DNA from: Crocinitomicaceae bacterium
Lineage (GTDB): Bacteria; Bacteroidota; Bacteroidia; Flavobacteriales_D; Crocinitomicaceae
Assembly (NCBI GenBank): GCA_044353285.1
Contig: JBILCD010000001.1
Coordinates: 1 to 47,517, forward strand
Length of the DNA: 47,517 bases
Direction: 5' to 3'
Below the pieces are notes generated by a model that searched no databases, was not told the origin of the DNA, and was given only the letters and a program-made list of their open reading frames with translations. This document shows positions 17,070-25,762 of this stretch, one piece after another. Numbering within the stretch: position 1 is the first letter of the stretch; each line of letters starts with the position of its first letter. Made by a program: the position numbers and the translations under genes.

Positions 17070-17741
17070 TTTGCTTTTGCTGTTCTCGAAAAAGGCAATA
17101 ATCGGAAAAAGCATACTGAAATTATAATATAAATCCTCAAAAGGTATTGTTGTCATCCGCCAACCAATAATGTGTTTTTCTGAATACCAAACAATGGGCT
17201 CGGTCGTAAATGCGCCCGTGAGAGCTCCATTAACAATAAAAAATGGCAAAAGGCAAACACAATAAGTGAAGGCGAAATTACCTAGCCATGAGGGCTTCAT
17301 TGCTAAGGCATATACACAACAACAAAAAGTAATTAGACAAGTGGTGAAGGTGTACCAATTTTTGAAATAGCAAATCGTTAAAATAAAACTGCTTATGCCT
17401 AAAAGAATAAAAAATCGAGTCCCCCAACTTTTAAGTTTTACCTCTGGAAAATACGCTTTTAATACTTGATGGATAAATAAACAATTGTAAGGAACAATGA
17501 AGAAAAACAATACTTCCTCTAAAGGTAAATGACCTAAATATATCCCCCATAAATACCTCGGATTGAATCCCCAGATTTTATTGATAGTAAATACCTCATC
17601 CCAAACCAAAAAAAATGTTGCTGTGAATAATAGACCAAGGATAAAAAATTTAATGTTTTTGTAAAAGGCTACTTTCTTGTCGAAACTCAATAAAAGGGGG
17701 CCTATGAATGCGCCTATAATTAAATAGCCGTACAAACTCAT
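17058..17741 (-). CDS. fused lycopene cyclase domain protein (CrtYc/CrtYd-type lycopene beta-cyclase)
   Basis: A polytopic protein with two half-domains, each carrying the PxE(E/D) motif: LPLEEVLFFFIVPY and IPFEDLYYNF. The ATG overlaps the crtZ stop in ATGA. Confidence 0.7.
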   Translation of the reverse strand: MSLYGYLIIGAFIGPLLLSFDKKVAFYKNIKFFILGLLFTATFFLVWDEVFTINKIWGFNPRYLWGIYLGHLPLEEVLFFFIVPYNCLFIHQVLKAYFPEVKLKSWGTRFFILLGISSFILTICYFKNWYTFTTCLITFCCCVYALAMKPSWLGNFAFTYCVCLLPFFIVNGALTGAFTTEPIVWYSEKHIIGWRMTTIPFEDLYYNFSMLFPIIAFFENSKSKSLS

Positions 17742-18217
17742 TTAGCTTGGCTATTACGACGATACGCTTTTCTCGCTTCTTGGTAAAATTTTGGCGGCAC
17801 GAGAAGCATTCCAAAACACTCTCCCTTTTCTTTTCCTGTATTTTTGTGGTGAATTTTATGCGCCTTTCTAATGGCATAAAAATAAGGATGGTCAAGATTT
17901 CTTAGCCATTTAACCCGTTGATGAATGTAGACATCGTGAATCAAAAAATAAGCTAGTCCATAGGCTGCTATTCCATAACCAATCCAAACGGGCAAATAAT
18001 TATTTGCCATCATGCCTAGCATAATACAAAGCCAAGAAGGAACGGCATAAATAAGAAAGAATATGTCATTTTTTTCCATAAAACCTGGTTCAATTTGATG
18101 GTGATCTTTATGGAAATACCACATTTTACCATGCATTAGAAATTTATGCGTGCACCAAGCCATAAATTCCATAAAGAAAAAGGTCGTTATTAATAAAAGG
18201 GGGCCCCACCAATACAT
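17738..18217 (-). CDS. crtZ: beta-carotene 3-hydroxylase
   Basis: His-box motifs of the fatty-acid hydroxylase family are arranged as in CrtZ: HKFLMHG, HKDHH, HDVYIHQR, HKIHH. The ORF-track start 18235 is TTG. I prefer ATG 18217 (MYWWGPLL...), which forms TAATG with the upstream stop. Confidence 0.8.
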   Translation of the reverse strand: MYWWGPLLLITTFFFMEFMAWCTHKFLMHGKMWYFHKDHHQIEPGFMEKNDIFFLIYAVPSWLCIMLGMMANNYLPVWIGYGIAAYGLAYFLIHDVYIHQRVKWLRNLDHPYFYAIRKAHKIHHKNTGKEKGECFGMLLVPPKFYQEARKAYRRNSQAK

Positions 18218-18849
18218 TAGAACAAATTTAAGCAAATGAAAAATACTGTCATAAATAAAAACAAGGCGATAATCACTTTGTTCGCATCATGTTTTATCTT
18301 ACTAAAATAAATAATTTGTAAAAACAGGCCTATAAAAAACCAACAGGTGTAATTATAAGCGGGAATAAGCCCTCCCTCCCAGTTCCAAAAACCACTCTTA
18401 ATCGCTACGGGCTCTAGGATAAAGTCGAAGAGCAACATTAAAAAAGCAGCAATAATCATTCTTGCTAACTTATTAGTGCTCAATAAAGCCGAGCAGTGAG
18501 CGGCGCCTATCGTAACAATGGCCCAATTAATTGCAATAATTACCGGAACACCTGCCATTTTCACCCCTAAATTGGCTTCATAATGGTAGTTTCCAAATAA
18601 GAGTTTAGTGTTCACGCCAATTAGCTCTGCTATAAACCCAACGAGTCCGGAAAAAAGTAGGAAGGTAAGTGTTGGTTTTATAGGTCTGCTTAGGGTAAAA
18701 AGAATGGCGCAAAAAGAAAGAAGAAGAGTAAAGGGGGTAAGTGATAAAAAAAATGTTCTATATTCCGGTAAAATACTTCCAAAAATTCCTACAAGGTAGA
18801 TAATCCCCAAAAAACCAATAACTAACTTTTCTTTCTTTTTTGAATTCAT
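18217..18849 (-). CDS. carotenoid biosynthesis membrane protein, PF04240/DUF422 (CruF-like carotenoid 1',2'-hydratase candidate)
   Basis: AELIGVNTKLLFGNYHYEANLGVKMAGVPVIIAINW and LFDFILEPVAIKSGFWNWEG match the conserved blocks I recall for the Caroten_synth family. I prefer ATG 18849 (MNSKKKEKL...), 8 nt after the SDR stop, over ORF-track start 18897. Confidence 0.55.
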   Translation of the reverse strand: MNSKKKEKLVIGFLGIIYLVGIFGSILPEYRTFFLSLTPFTLLLSFCAILFTLSRPIKPTLTFLLFSGLVGFIAELIGVNTKLLFGNYHYEANLGVKMAGVPVIIAINWAIVTIGAAHCSALLSTNKLARMIIAAFLMLLFDFILEPVAIKSGFWNWEGGLIPAYNYTCWFFIGLFLQIIYFSKIKHDANKVIIALFLFMTVFFICLNLF

Positions 18850-18856
18850 TGTGTCC

Positions 18857-19858
18857 TTAAATAATTCTTCCTTTAATGGCGTGTAACAATGTGTCATTAA
18901 GGGGGGTAAATGGGATGCCTGTTGTCGTACTAATCAAACGACTATCATACCGTATCGTTTTATACGCTGAATAAACTGATTCAATGGTCAACCCCCTTCT
19001 TTTTCGCAAAAACAAATAAAAAACTTCGGAAAATACTGCAAAAATGAGCGATATTAAACGCGGTGTTTTCATTCTTGGTGGGCGCTTATTAAAACAACTA
19101 GCTATGGCGCCTAGCAGTTCGAGAAAGCTAACGTTTTGTCCTGTACAAAGAAACTTTTTATTAGTAATGGTGGAATTCATTAAGTAAATCATGTTGGAAA
19201 CAAGGTCTCTTACATCCACAATAGCATTTGATCCCTTTGGATAAAAAAAGATGCCTTTGGATGCCGTTTTAAAAATAGACAAAGAGCTGTCGTTCCAATT
19301 TCCTGGACCTAAAATTAAACAAGGATTAACTATTACCACAGGCAGGCCCTCTTCCGCCCCACGCCACACTTCTTTTTCAGCACTGTATTTTGAGATGGAG
19401 TAACCTGAAACTTCTTTTCCTGGTTTCCATTTAGTGGTTTCGTCTGTGGTTCCGTTTGGATTAAACCCGAGAGCAGCCGTGGAACTTACATAACAGAGCT
19501 TTTTTACCTTGTTTAGAAGGCATAAATTAACAATGTTAGCCGTGCCCTGGCGGTTTGCGCTCATACATGCATGGAAGTCTATTTTGTGAAAGGACACAAG
19601 TGCTGCACAGTGATAGACATACGAAATCCCATCGAATAACTCGTTCAAGTCGGATAGTGAAAGTATATCTGCACGAACCCACTGAATTTTGTTAAAATAT
19701 TCTTGGGCCTTTGTGTTAAAATAAAATTCAAAAAGTTTTTTTGTTTCTTGCTTTTTAAATTCTGACCGGAAACTAGCTCGCACGCTTTCATGGTGTTGTG
19801 TTAGTTCACACAACAAATGTCCGCCCACTAAACCTGTTCCACCAGTTACTAAAATCAT
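18857..19858 (-). CDS. NAD(P)-dependent epimerase/dehydratase-family (extended SDR) protein
   Basis: MILVTGGTGLVGGHL is a Rossmann GxxGxxG motif, and the catalytic YxxxK is in SKYSAEK. The ATG overlaps the hemL stop in ATGA. Confidence 0.8.
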   Translation of the reverse strand: MILVTGGTGLVGGHLLCELTQHHESVRASFRSEFKKQETKKLFEFYFNTKAQEYFNKIQWVRADILSLSDLNELFDGISYVYHCAALVSFHKIDFHACMSANRQGTANIVNLCLLNKVKKLCYVSSTAALGFNPNGTTDETTKWKPGKEVSGYSISKYSAEKEVWRGAEEGLPVVIVNPCLILGPGNWNDSSLSIFKTASKGIFFYPKGSNAIVDVRDLVSNMIYLMNSTITNKKFLCTGQNVSFLELLGAIASCFNKRPPRMKTPRLISLIFAVFSEVFYLFLRKRRGLTIESVYSAYKTIRYDSRLISTTTGIPFTPLNDTLLHAIKGRII

Positions 19859-21159
19859 TTCACGGTAAATATAGCGTCTAAAGCGTCACAAAACCCAATT
19901 ACTGATGCGTCTAAAATAGCCTCGCTGTGTGCTTGTGATATAAACCCCACTTCATACCCACTCGGACCAATATAAATGCCTCGCGCGAGTAATTCGGCGT
20001 GCAACAAATTGAAGTTGCTCATGTCTGGATTAATTTGATCGGCAGAGGTGATTCGTTTGTTATCTTCAAATGACAACCAAAAAATAGATCCTATACTCAC
20101 TAATTTAAATGGATAAGATGAATCGCTAGCGTGTTTATTTATTGCCTGAACAAAACCCAAGGTTTTGACTGATAATTCTTCATAAAATCCGGGGCGTAGG
20201 CAATTGCTTAATTGAGCAATCCCCGCTGCCATAGCAACCGGATTTCCGGAAAGTGTTCCGGCTTGGTAAACGGGGCCTTCAGGAGATACGTTCGACATCA
20301 ACTCATTACTTGCGCCATAAGCACCTACAGGTAATCCTCCCCCCATAATTTTACCATAAGTTACAATATCAGGAATAATATCATAAAAAGCTGCAGCTCC
20401 GCCGAAAGCAACTCTAAACCCCGATATAACCTCATCGAAAATTAAAAGTATGTTTAGTTTCGTACACAGCGCTCGAAGGGAAAGAAGAAATGTTTTATCT
20501 TGAAGAAGTAAGCCATTATTGGCCGGTATTGGTTCTATAATTACCGCGGCTATTTCATGAGCTTGGGCATGTAGAATCTCGCTCAGTTTAGATAAGTCGT
20601 TTAGTGGAAGTACGATGGTTTCATTTGCCAAAGACTCCGGAACGCCCGCGCTGGATGATGTTCCAAACGTTATAAGACCGCTTCCCGCCTTTACCATTAA
20701 AGAGTCAACATGACCATGGTAACAGCCTTCGAATTTCACCAATTTAGTTTTTCCGGAGGCACCTCTCGCTAATCGTATAGCGGACATAACTGCTTCTGTA
20801 CCCGATGATACAAACCTTAATTTGTCTATGAATGGAATATTAGTCAGAATGAGTGCCGCTAATTCATTTTCTTTTTTTGTTGGCGCTCCAAAACTTGCCC
20901 CATTAGCCAAAGCAGCAACGGTCCCCTCGAAAATATCCGGGTGATTGTGTCCCAAAATCAAAGGCCCCCAACTGCAACAAAAATCAGTGTATTTATTTCC
21001 ATCTTCATCCCAAAGATAGGCTCCGTCCCCTTTCTGAATAAAAAGTGGCGTCCCTCCTACTGACCTAAATGCCCGCACCGGTGAATTTACGCCTCCTGGA
21101 AAATAGGTTTTTGCTTTTTCAAACAACTGTTTAGATATAGACCTGTTAAGTTCGCTCAT
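19855..21159 (-). CDS. hemL: glutamate-1-semialdehyde 2,1-aminomutase
   Basis: FPGGVNSPVRAF, the class-III aminotransferase fold and the PLP-Lys region TYGKIMGGG are present. Length is 434 aa. Confidence 0.95.
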   Translation of the reverse strand: MSELNRSISKQLFEKAKTYFPGGVNSPVRAFRSVGGTPLFIQKGDGAYLWDEDGNKYTDFCCSWGPLILGHNHPDIFEGTVAALANGASFGAPTKKENELAALILTNIPFIDKLRFVSSGTEAVMSAIRLARGASGKTKLVKFEGCYHGHVDSLMVKAGSGLITFGTSSSAGVPESLANETIVLPLNDLSKLSEILHAQAHEIAAVIIEPIPANNGLLLQDKTFLLSLRALCTKLNILLIFDEVISGFRVAFGGAAAFYDIIPDIVTYGKIMGGGLPVGAYGASNELMSNVSPEGPVYQAGTLSGNPVAMAAGIAQLSNCLRPGFYEELSVKTLGFVQAINKHASDSSYPFKLVSIGSIFWLSFEDNKRITSADQINPDMSNFNLLHAELLARGIYIGPSGYEVGFISQAHSEAILDASVIGFCDALDAIFTVK

Positions 21160-21168
21160 TTTCTTGTT

Positions 21169-21176
21169 TATCTTTG
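21169..21176 (+). promoter_or_regulatory. -7 promoter box TATCTTTG for kynU
   Basis: Exact TAnnTTTG match 32 nt upstream of ATG 21209. It lies inside the N-terminal extension proposed by the ORF track, which argues for the 21209 start. Confidence 0.4.
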
Positions 21177-21183
21177 TGGTTTA

Positions 21184-21191
21184 CAAAAATA
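21184..21191 (-). promoter_or_regulatory. -7 promoter box TATTTTTG (minus strand) for the hemL-carotenoid operon
   Basis: Plus-strand CAAAAATA is the reverse complement of TAnnTTTG. It lies 24 nt upstream of the hemL ATG (21159). Confidence 0.4.
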
Positions 21192-21208
21192 ACAAATTTC
21201 AACGGCTT

Positions 21209-22483
21209 ATGTTTTTAGATTTAACGCTTGAGTTTGCAAAATCTCTTGATCAAAATGACCCACTAAAGTCCTTTAGGCAAGATTTTCTTTTCCCAACATT
21301 TCATGAAAAAGAGGTGCGCTACTTTACTGGAAACTCACTGGGGCTCCAGCCTAAAAATGCAAGAAAATATATCCTTGAAGAACTTGATGATTGGGAAAAG
21401 TTTGGGGTTGAGGGCCATTTTATGTCCCGTAGACCTTGGTACTCTTACCATGAAAACCTGACGGATATGATGGCAAAAATTGTTGGGGCTAAACCTCTTG
21501 AAGTCGTGGTAACGCATTCATTAACAACAAACCTACACTTGCTGTTGGTGTCTTTTTTTCAGCCAAAAGGGAAAAGGACAAAAATTCTATGTGAAGCTAA
21601 AGCCTTTCCAAGCGATCAGTATGCGCTTTCCTCCCAAATTGATTTTCATGGCCTTAATGCTGAAAATTTAGTTGAAATTGGCCCGCGAGAAGGGGAACAC
21701 ATTATCAGTGAAGAAGATATTATCGAAAAAATAAATCAATTGGGTGATGAATTAGCCTTAGTGATGATTGGAGGGGTTAATTATTACACTGGACAGCTGT
21801 TCGATATGGAGGCTATTTGTGCTGCTGGGCATGCTGTGGGGGCGAAAGTCGGTTTTGACTTGGCGCATGCCGCAGGTAATGTTTCACTATCTCTTCACGA
21901 TTGGGGGGTGGATTTTGCAGCGTGGTGTGGATATAAATACCTTAATTCGTCGCCAGGAGGGGTTTCTGGTTTTTTTGTTCATGAAAGACATGCTAATAAC
22001 ACTGCATTACCTCGGTTTGCAGGTTGGTGGGGTCACAACAAAGAAAGTCGTTTTGAAATGAAGCCGGGATTCCAACCAATTTCCGGTGCTGAAGGCTGGC
22101 AACTGAGCAATGCCCCTATATTCGGAATGGCTGCTCAACTTGCTTCACTCGAGGTTTTTGAGCGTGCAGGAATGGATAGAATTTCAGAAAAAAGAACGCT
22201 CCTAACCAGCTATTTAGAATGTGTCATTTTAAATGTTTCTGAAAAAAACAAAGCCCTTTGTTCATTTGAAATAATTACCCCAAAAGACCCTAAAAGAAGG
22301 GGGTCTCAATTGTCTATTCTATTACATGGAAAGGGAAAAGAAGTGTATGATGCGCTGACAAATAGAGGTGTGATTGCCGACTGGCGAGAACCCAACGTTA
22401 TTCGTGTTGCTCCGGCTCCCTTGTACAATAGTTTTGAAGATTGTTATTGGTTTGGTCAGCACCTCGAAGCGGCTATTCAATAA
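21209..22483 (+). CDS. kynU: kynureninase
   Basis: LDQNDPLKSFRQDFLFP...YFTGNSLGLQPK is the typical kynureninase N-terminus. The PLP-Lys region CGYKYLNSSPGG is also present. The ORF-track start 21164 is TTG, so I revised the start to ATG 21209. Confidence 0.9.
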   Translation: MFLDLTLEFAKSLDQNDPLKSFRQDFLFPTFHEKEVRYFTGNSLGLQPKNARKYILEELDDWEKFGVEGHFMSRRPWYSYHENLTDMMAKIVGAKPLEVVVTHSLTTNLHLLLVSFFQPKGKRTKILCEAKAFPSDQYALSSQIDFHGLNAENLVEIGPREGEHIISEEDIIEKINQLGDELALVMIGGVNYYTGQLFDMEAICAAGHAVGAKVGFDLAHAAGNVSLSLHDWGVDFAAWCGYKYLNSSPGGVSGFFVHERHANNTALPRFAGWWGHNKESRFEMKPGFQPISGAEGWQLSNAPIFGMAAQLASLEVFERAGMDRISEKRTLLTSYLECVILNVSEKNKALCSFEIITPKDPKRRGSQLSILLHGKGKEVYDALTNRGVIADWREPNVIRVAPAPLYNSFEDCYWFGQHLEAAIQ

Positions 22484-23061
22484 GATCCTTCGTTAGACAC
22501 AATCATTGAAATTGCTTCAGGGAAATAACGCATTTCAAGATCGTGTATTTTTTGTTCTAGAGATAAAATAGTTTCGTTTTTTTCGACTTCGCAAGTATAC
22601 TGCATGAGGATTTTACCTTGGTCAAAAACCTCATTAACAAGATGAATGGTTATCCCTGATGTAAGCGATTTAGCCTCTAAAACTGCGGTATGAACATGTT
22701 TCCCGTACATGCCCTTTCCTCCAAAATCTGGTAATAATGAGGGGTGTATGTTGATTATTTTATGGGACAGGTGTTCTATTAATTCCGGAGTGATTTTTTT
22801 CAAATATCCCGCTAAAATTAGCCAATCAATACTTTGATTGGTACAAAGTTCCATTTGCTGTGTTGAAAGATCAGTTTGGTTTTGAGAGATAAAAAACCCG
22901 ATGCCTTTTTTTAAACAAAATTCAGCCATGCTGGGGTTTTCCTTCGTGGAAAAAACAAACTTGACTCTTATTTTTTCAGAACCATTAAAATAATTAATGA
23001 TGTTTTTGGCATTAGAGCCCTTGCCTGAAATAAAAATTGCTATATTTTTTACGGTTTTCAC
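22477..23061 (-). CDS. purN: phosphoribosylglycinamide formyltransferase
   Basis: IAIFISGKGSNAKNII and INIHPSLLPDFGGKGMYGKHVH (formyltransferase His) are present. The start is GTG. The 3' end overlaps the kynU 3' end by 7 nt, in convergent orientation. Confidence 0.88.
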   Translation of the reverse strand: MKTVKNIAIFISGKGSNAKNIINYFNGSEKIRVKFVFSTKENPSMAEFCLKKGIGFFISQNQTDLSTQQMELCTNQSIDWLILAGYLKKITPELIEHLSHKIINIHPSLLPDFGGKGMYGKHVHTAVLEAKSLTSGITIHLVNEVFDQGKILMQYTCEVEKNETILSLEQKIHDLEMRYFPEAISMIVSNEGSY

Positions 23062-23182
23062 GAAGCGAAATTAACGATATATCTATATTTTCATACTATG
23101 AATTTAACCTTTATCGTGAGAGTCAAGAACTGTTAATTCCTTATTTTAAATTGAAAAAGAACTATAATGGGAAATTAATGTT

Positions 23183-23914
23183 CTATTTAGGAATTCGATA
23201 TGATAACCCCGCATTGATAAATCCATTGGCAATGTTGCTGTTCAAACCAACGCCTGCAGAACAATCGAACTGTAAATTAGGCTTTGCTCTCCAAATAAAA
23301 CCTCCATTAAGACCCGGGGCAAAATTTGAGGGGTCGGACAAACTAACATAGCTTTCAATAAATACTCCAGTTGCTTTAGGGAGTTCGAGGTCTAGCCCTA
23401 CTGAGGCAAAATATTCTGGGACAGCATCAATTCCATTCCAAAACAAACCATTGTTCAATGTTAATAAAAGACTTTCGCTTAAATCCCATTCCATCGGAAT
23501 AAGAATAGAGGGGTTTAATTGAGGTCTTGCTGTATCTGCTGATAAATAAGGAACTCCCAAGTTGCCCAAAACTGCAGTGCTAGGAATAAGCCCTTTTTGA
23601 GCAGTTACACGTGCTTTAAATCCAAGAGAAAAGGGGGAAAGTTCAAGTGGGGCTTTGAGTCCGTTTGTATATTCTTGTTCTAAGTTAATGGCAAAGCGAA
23701 GTTCGAAAGCATCAAATATCCCCCATCGCATTGTGAGGTTATTCCACGATATGCTTTTTGTTTTAACGCTAGCCTCTTGATTATACTCCAAATTCATCCC
23801 TGTTTCTATTTGAAAGTAATGCTCTGGTACAATCTGTGAGGATTCACCAAGTCCGGGACGATCTGGCTGAATTGGACCGGCTTCCGTTTGGGCGAGGAGA
23901 ATGGTATGCGCCAA
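23183..23914 (-). CDS. outer-membrane beta-barrel 'transporter' (Phenol_MetA_deg/PF13557-like); 5' end apparently frameshifted
   Basis: The sequence alternates hydrophobic and polar residues in beta-strand fashion and has a QPDRPG motif near the N-terminus, typical of this family. The only in-frame start is TTG 23914, which leaves no signal peptide. An out-of-frame ATG at 23945 would supply one (see finding). Confidence 0.5.
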   Translation of the reverse strand: MAHTILLAQTEAGPIQPDRPGLGESSQIVPEHYFQIETGMNLEYNQEASVKTKSISWNNLTMRWGIFDAFELRFAINLEQEYTNGLKAPLELSPFSLGFKARVTAQKGLIPSTAVLGNLGVPYLSADTARPQLNPSILIPMEWDLSESLLLTLNNGLFWNGIDAVPEYFASVGLDLELPKATGVFIESYVSLSDPSNFAPGLNGGFIWRAKPNLQFDCSAGVGLNSNIANGFINAGLSYRIPK

Positions 23915-24247
23915 AACAAAGAATGGTAATAACTTTAATTATCATAAGTTAAAGTTAATAAATGTTTATTTGTTGGCCTTATATAAATTTTCAAGTATTA
24001 TTCTTCCAGTAATTTGTAATCGCCCTAAACATCAATTAATCCTTACTAATTAAACAATATTAACAAGCGCTACAACAACCAAAAAAGTCATTTAAAAATT
24101 ATTTATATCTGTCTAAATTAAATGGTTGGATTTCTGAAAATGATTGGGGTAAATTATGATAAATAAATAAATAAACGCCTAATTGCTTTGATATTTGCTC
24201 GTTTGTTTTTTTCTTTGCACTCTAAAACCATTTTAAAACTTAAAAAA

Positions 24248-24484
24248 ATGTCTGAAATTAAAGATAAAGTTATAGCAATAATCGTTGATAAACTTAATGT
24301 TGATCAAGCGGAAGTTACCAACGAAGCAAGTTTCACTAATGATTTAGGAGCAGATTCTTTAGACACTGTAGAATTAATTATGGAGTTTGAAAAATCGTTC
24401 AATATCTCTATTCCTGATGATCAGGCAGAAGGTATTCAAACAGTTGGTGATGCCATTTCCTATATTGAAAGCAACCACAAATAA
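24248..24484 (+). CDS. acpP: acyl carrier protein (fatty acid synthesis)
   Basis: [18 protein letters not shown]...[17 protein letters not shown] carries the canonical DSLD attachment site. I prefer ATG 24248 over ORF-track start 24188, because the 20-aa extension is not ACP-like. Confidence 0.95.
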   Translation: MSEIKDKVIAIIVDKLNVDQAEVTNEASFTNDLGADSLDTVELIMEFEKSFNISIPDDQAEGIQTVGDAISYIESNHK

Positions 24485-24508
24485 GACATTTGTCTTTATT
24501 TAACACTT

Positions 24509-25759
24509 ATGCAGCTTAAACGTGTCGTAATAACAGGTCTTGGTGCGCTAACGCCCATTGGTAATAATGTCGATTCTTTTTGGCAGGCACTATTAAATGG
24601 CAAAAGCGGAGCAGCTCCAATTAAGCAATTTGATTCCTCGTTATTTAAGACGCAGTTTGCTTGTGAACTAAAAGATTTTAATATCGAAGACCATATGGAT
24701 CGTAAAGAGGCAAGGAAGCTTGACCAATTTGCGCAATATGCTCTCGTAAGTGCCACTCAAGCTGTCGAAGACTCTAAACTATTAGATTCCAATCCGAATA
24801 AAGATCGAATTGGGGTTGTTTGGGGTTCAGGCATTGGCGGACTAAAAACCTTTCAAGACGAAGCTCAAAACTTTTTTGCTGGAGACGGCACCCCAAGAAT
24901 AAATCCTTTTTTTATTCCAAAAATGATTGCAGATATCGCTTCAGGGCATATTTCAATTAAGTATGGCTTTAGGGGGCCAAATTACGTTACGGTTTCTGCG
25001 TGTGCCTCATCAACTAATGCAATAATTGATGCTTTTAACTTAATTCGCTTAGGAAAAGCAGACGCTATTGTAACTGGAGGTTCCGAAGCAGCCGTTAATC
25101 AAATGGGAATTGGTGGATTTAATGCCTTAAAAGCACTTTCCACTCGAAATGATTCGCCGGAAACAGCTTCTAGACCTTTTGACTTAGATCGAGATGGATT
25201 TGTTTTAGGAGAGGGGGCTGGTGCACTAATTCTAGAAGAGCTTACTCACGCTTTAAATCGCGGGGCTAATATTTACGCGGAAGTAGCTGGTGGAGGAATG
25301 TCCGGAGACGCTTACCACATGACCGCGCCGCACCCTGAAGGAATTGGCGCAAGAAATACTATGCTGGCAGCATTAGAAGACGCGGAGATAAAACCTACAG
25401 ATATAGATTATGTTAATGTTCATGGCACCTCAACACCACTGGGCGACATCGCTGAAATTAAAGCAATTGAAGCAGTATTTGGAGACCATTCGTATAAATT
25501 AAATATTAGCTCAACAAAATCTATGACCGGCCACTTATTGGGGGCCGCAGGTGCAATAGAGGCAATTGCCTGTGTGCTTAGTGTTCAAAACGATGTTGTT
25601 CCTCCTACAATTAATCATTTTACTGATGATCCCGAGCTAGACCCAAAACTTAATTTTACCTTTAATAAAGCTCAAAAAAGAATCGTGAACATTGCTATTT
25701 CCAATACTTTTGGTTTTGGCGGACATAATACGAGTGTTATCGTTAGAAAATACAAATAG
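24509..25759 (+). CDS. fabF: beta-ketoacyl-ACP synthase II
   Basis: RVVITGLGALTPIGN, active-site ACASS, HGTSTPLGD and NTFGFGGHNTS are present. Length is 416 aa. Confidence 0.95.
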   Translation: MQLKRVVITGLGALTPIGNNVDSFWQALLNGKSGAAPIKQFDSSLFKTQFACELKDFNIEDHMDRKEARKLDQFAQYALVSATQAVEDSKLLDSNPNKDRIGVVWGSGIGGLKTFQDEAQNFFAGDGTPRINPFFIPKMIADIASGHISIKYGFRGPNYVTVSACASSTNAIIDAFNLIRLGKADAIVTGGSEAAVNQMGIGGFNALKALSTRNDSPETASRPFDLDRDGFVLGEGAGALILEELTHALNRGANIYAEVAGGGMSGDAYHMTAPHPEGIGARNTMLAALEDAEIKPTDIDYVNVHGTSTPLGDIAEIKAIEAVFGDHSYKLNISSTKSMTGHLLGAAGAIEAIACVLSVQNDVVPPTINHFTDDPELDPKLNFTFNKAQKRIVNIAISNTFGFGGHNTSVIVRKYK

Positions 25760-25762
25760 TTC

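Noticed and set aside
23037-23351. 104-aa ORF on the + strand between purN and the outer-membrane barrel gene.
   Set aside because: Most of it is antisense to the barrel gene's 3' end. It has no motifs and a low-complexity, AT-rich translation, so it is probably spurious.
24188-24247. N-terminal extensions proposed by the ORF track for acpP (24188). The same issue applies to rpoN (9146), kynU (21164, TTG), cysS (31908), truB (39708), the cruF-like gene (18897), crtZ (18235, TTG), ispD (31892, TTG) and the carrier protein (2805, TTG).
   Set aside because: The extensions are not homologous to the known N-termini of these families. They often overlap the upstream gene or contain the predicted -7 promoter box. 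Internal ATGs give canonical N-termini and classic coupling (ATGA, TAATG, or gaps of 1-8 nt).
23915-24247. The largest non-coding gap (333 nt, very AT-rich, with an (AAAT)3-4 microsatellite at about 24161-24175) as a possible sRNA, riboswitch or tRNA locus.
   Set aside because: I could find no stable stem-loops, tRNA cloverleaf elements or known riboswitch cores by eye. It is most simply the promoter/leader region of acpP-fabF-rnc plus the divergent barrel-gene promoter. I also could not find an exact TAnnTTTG box here.
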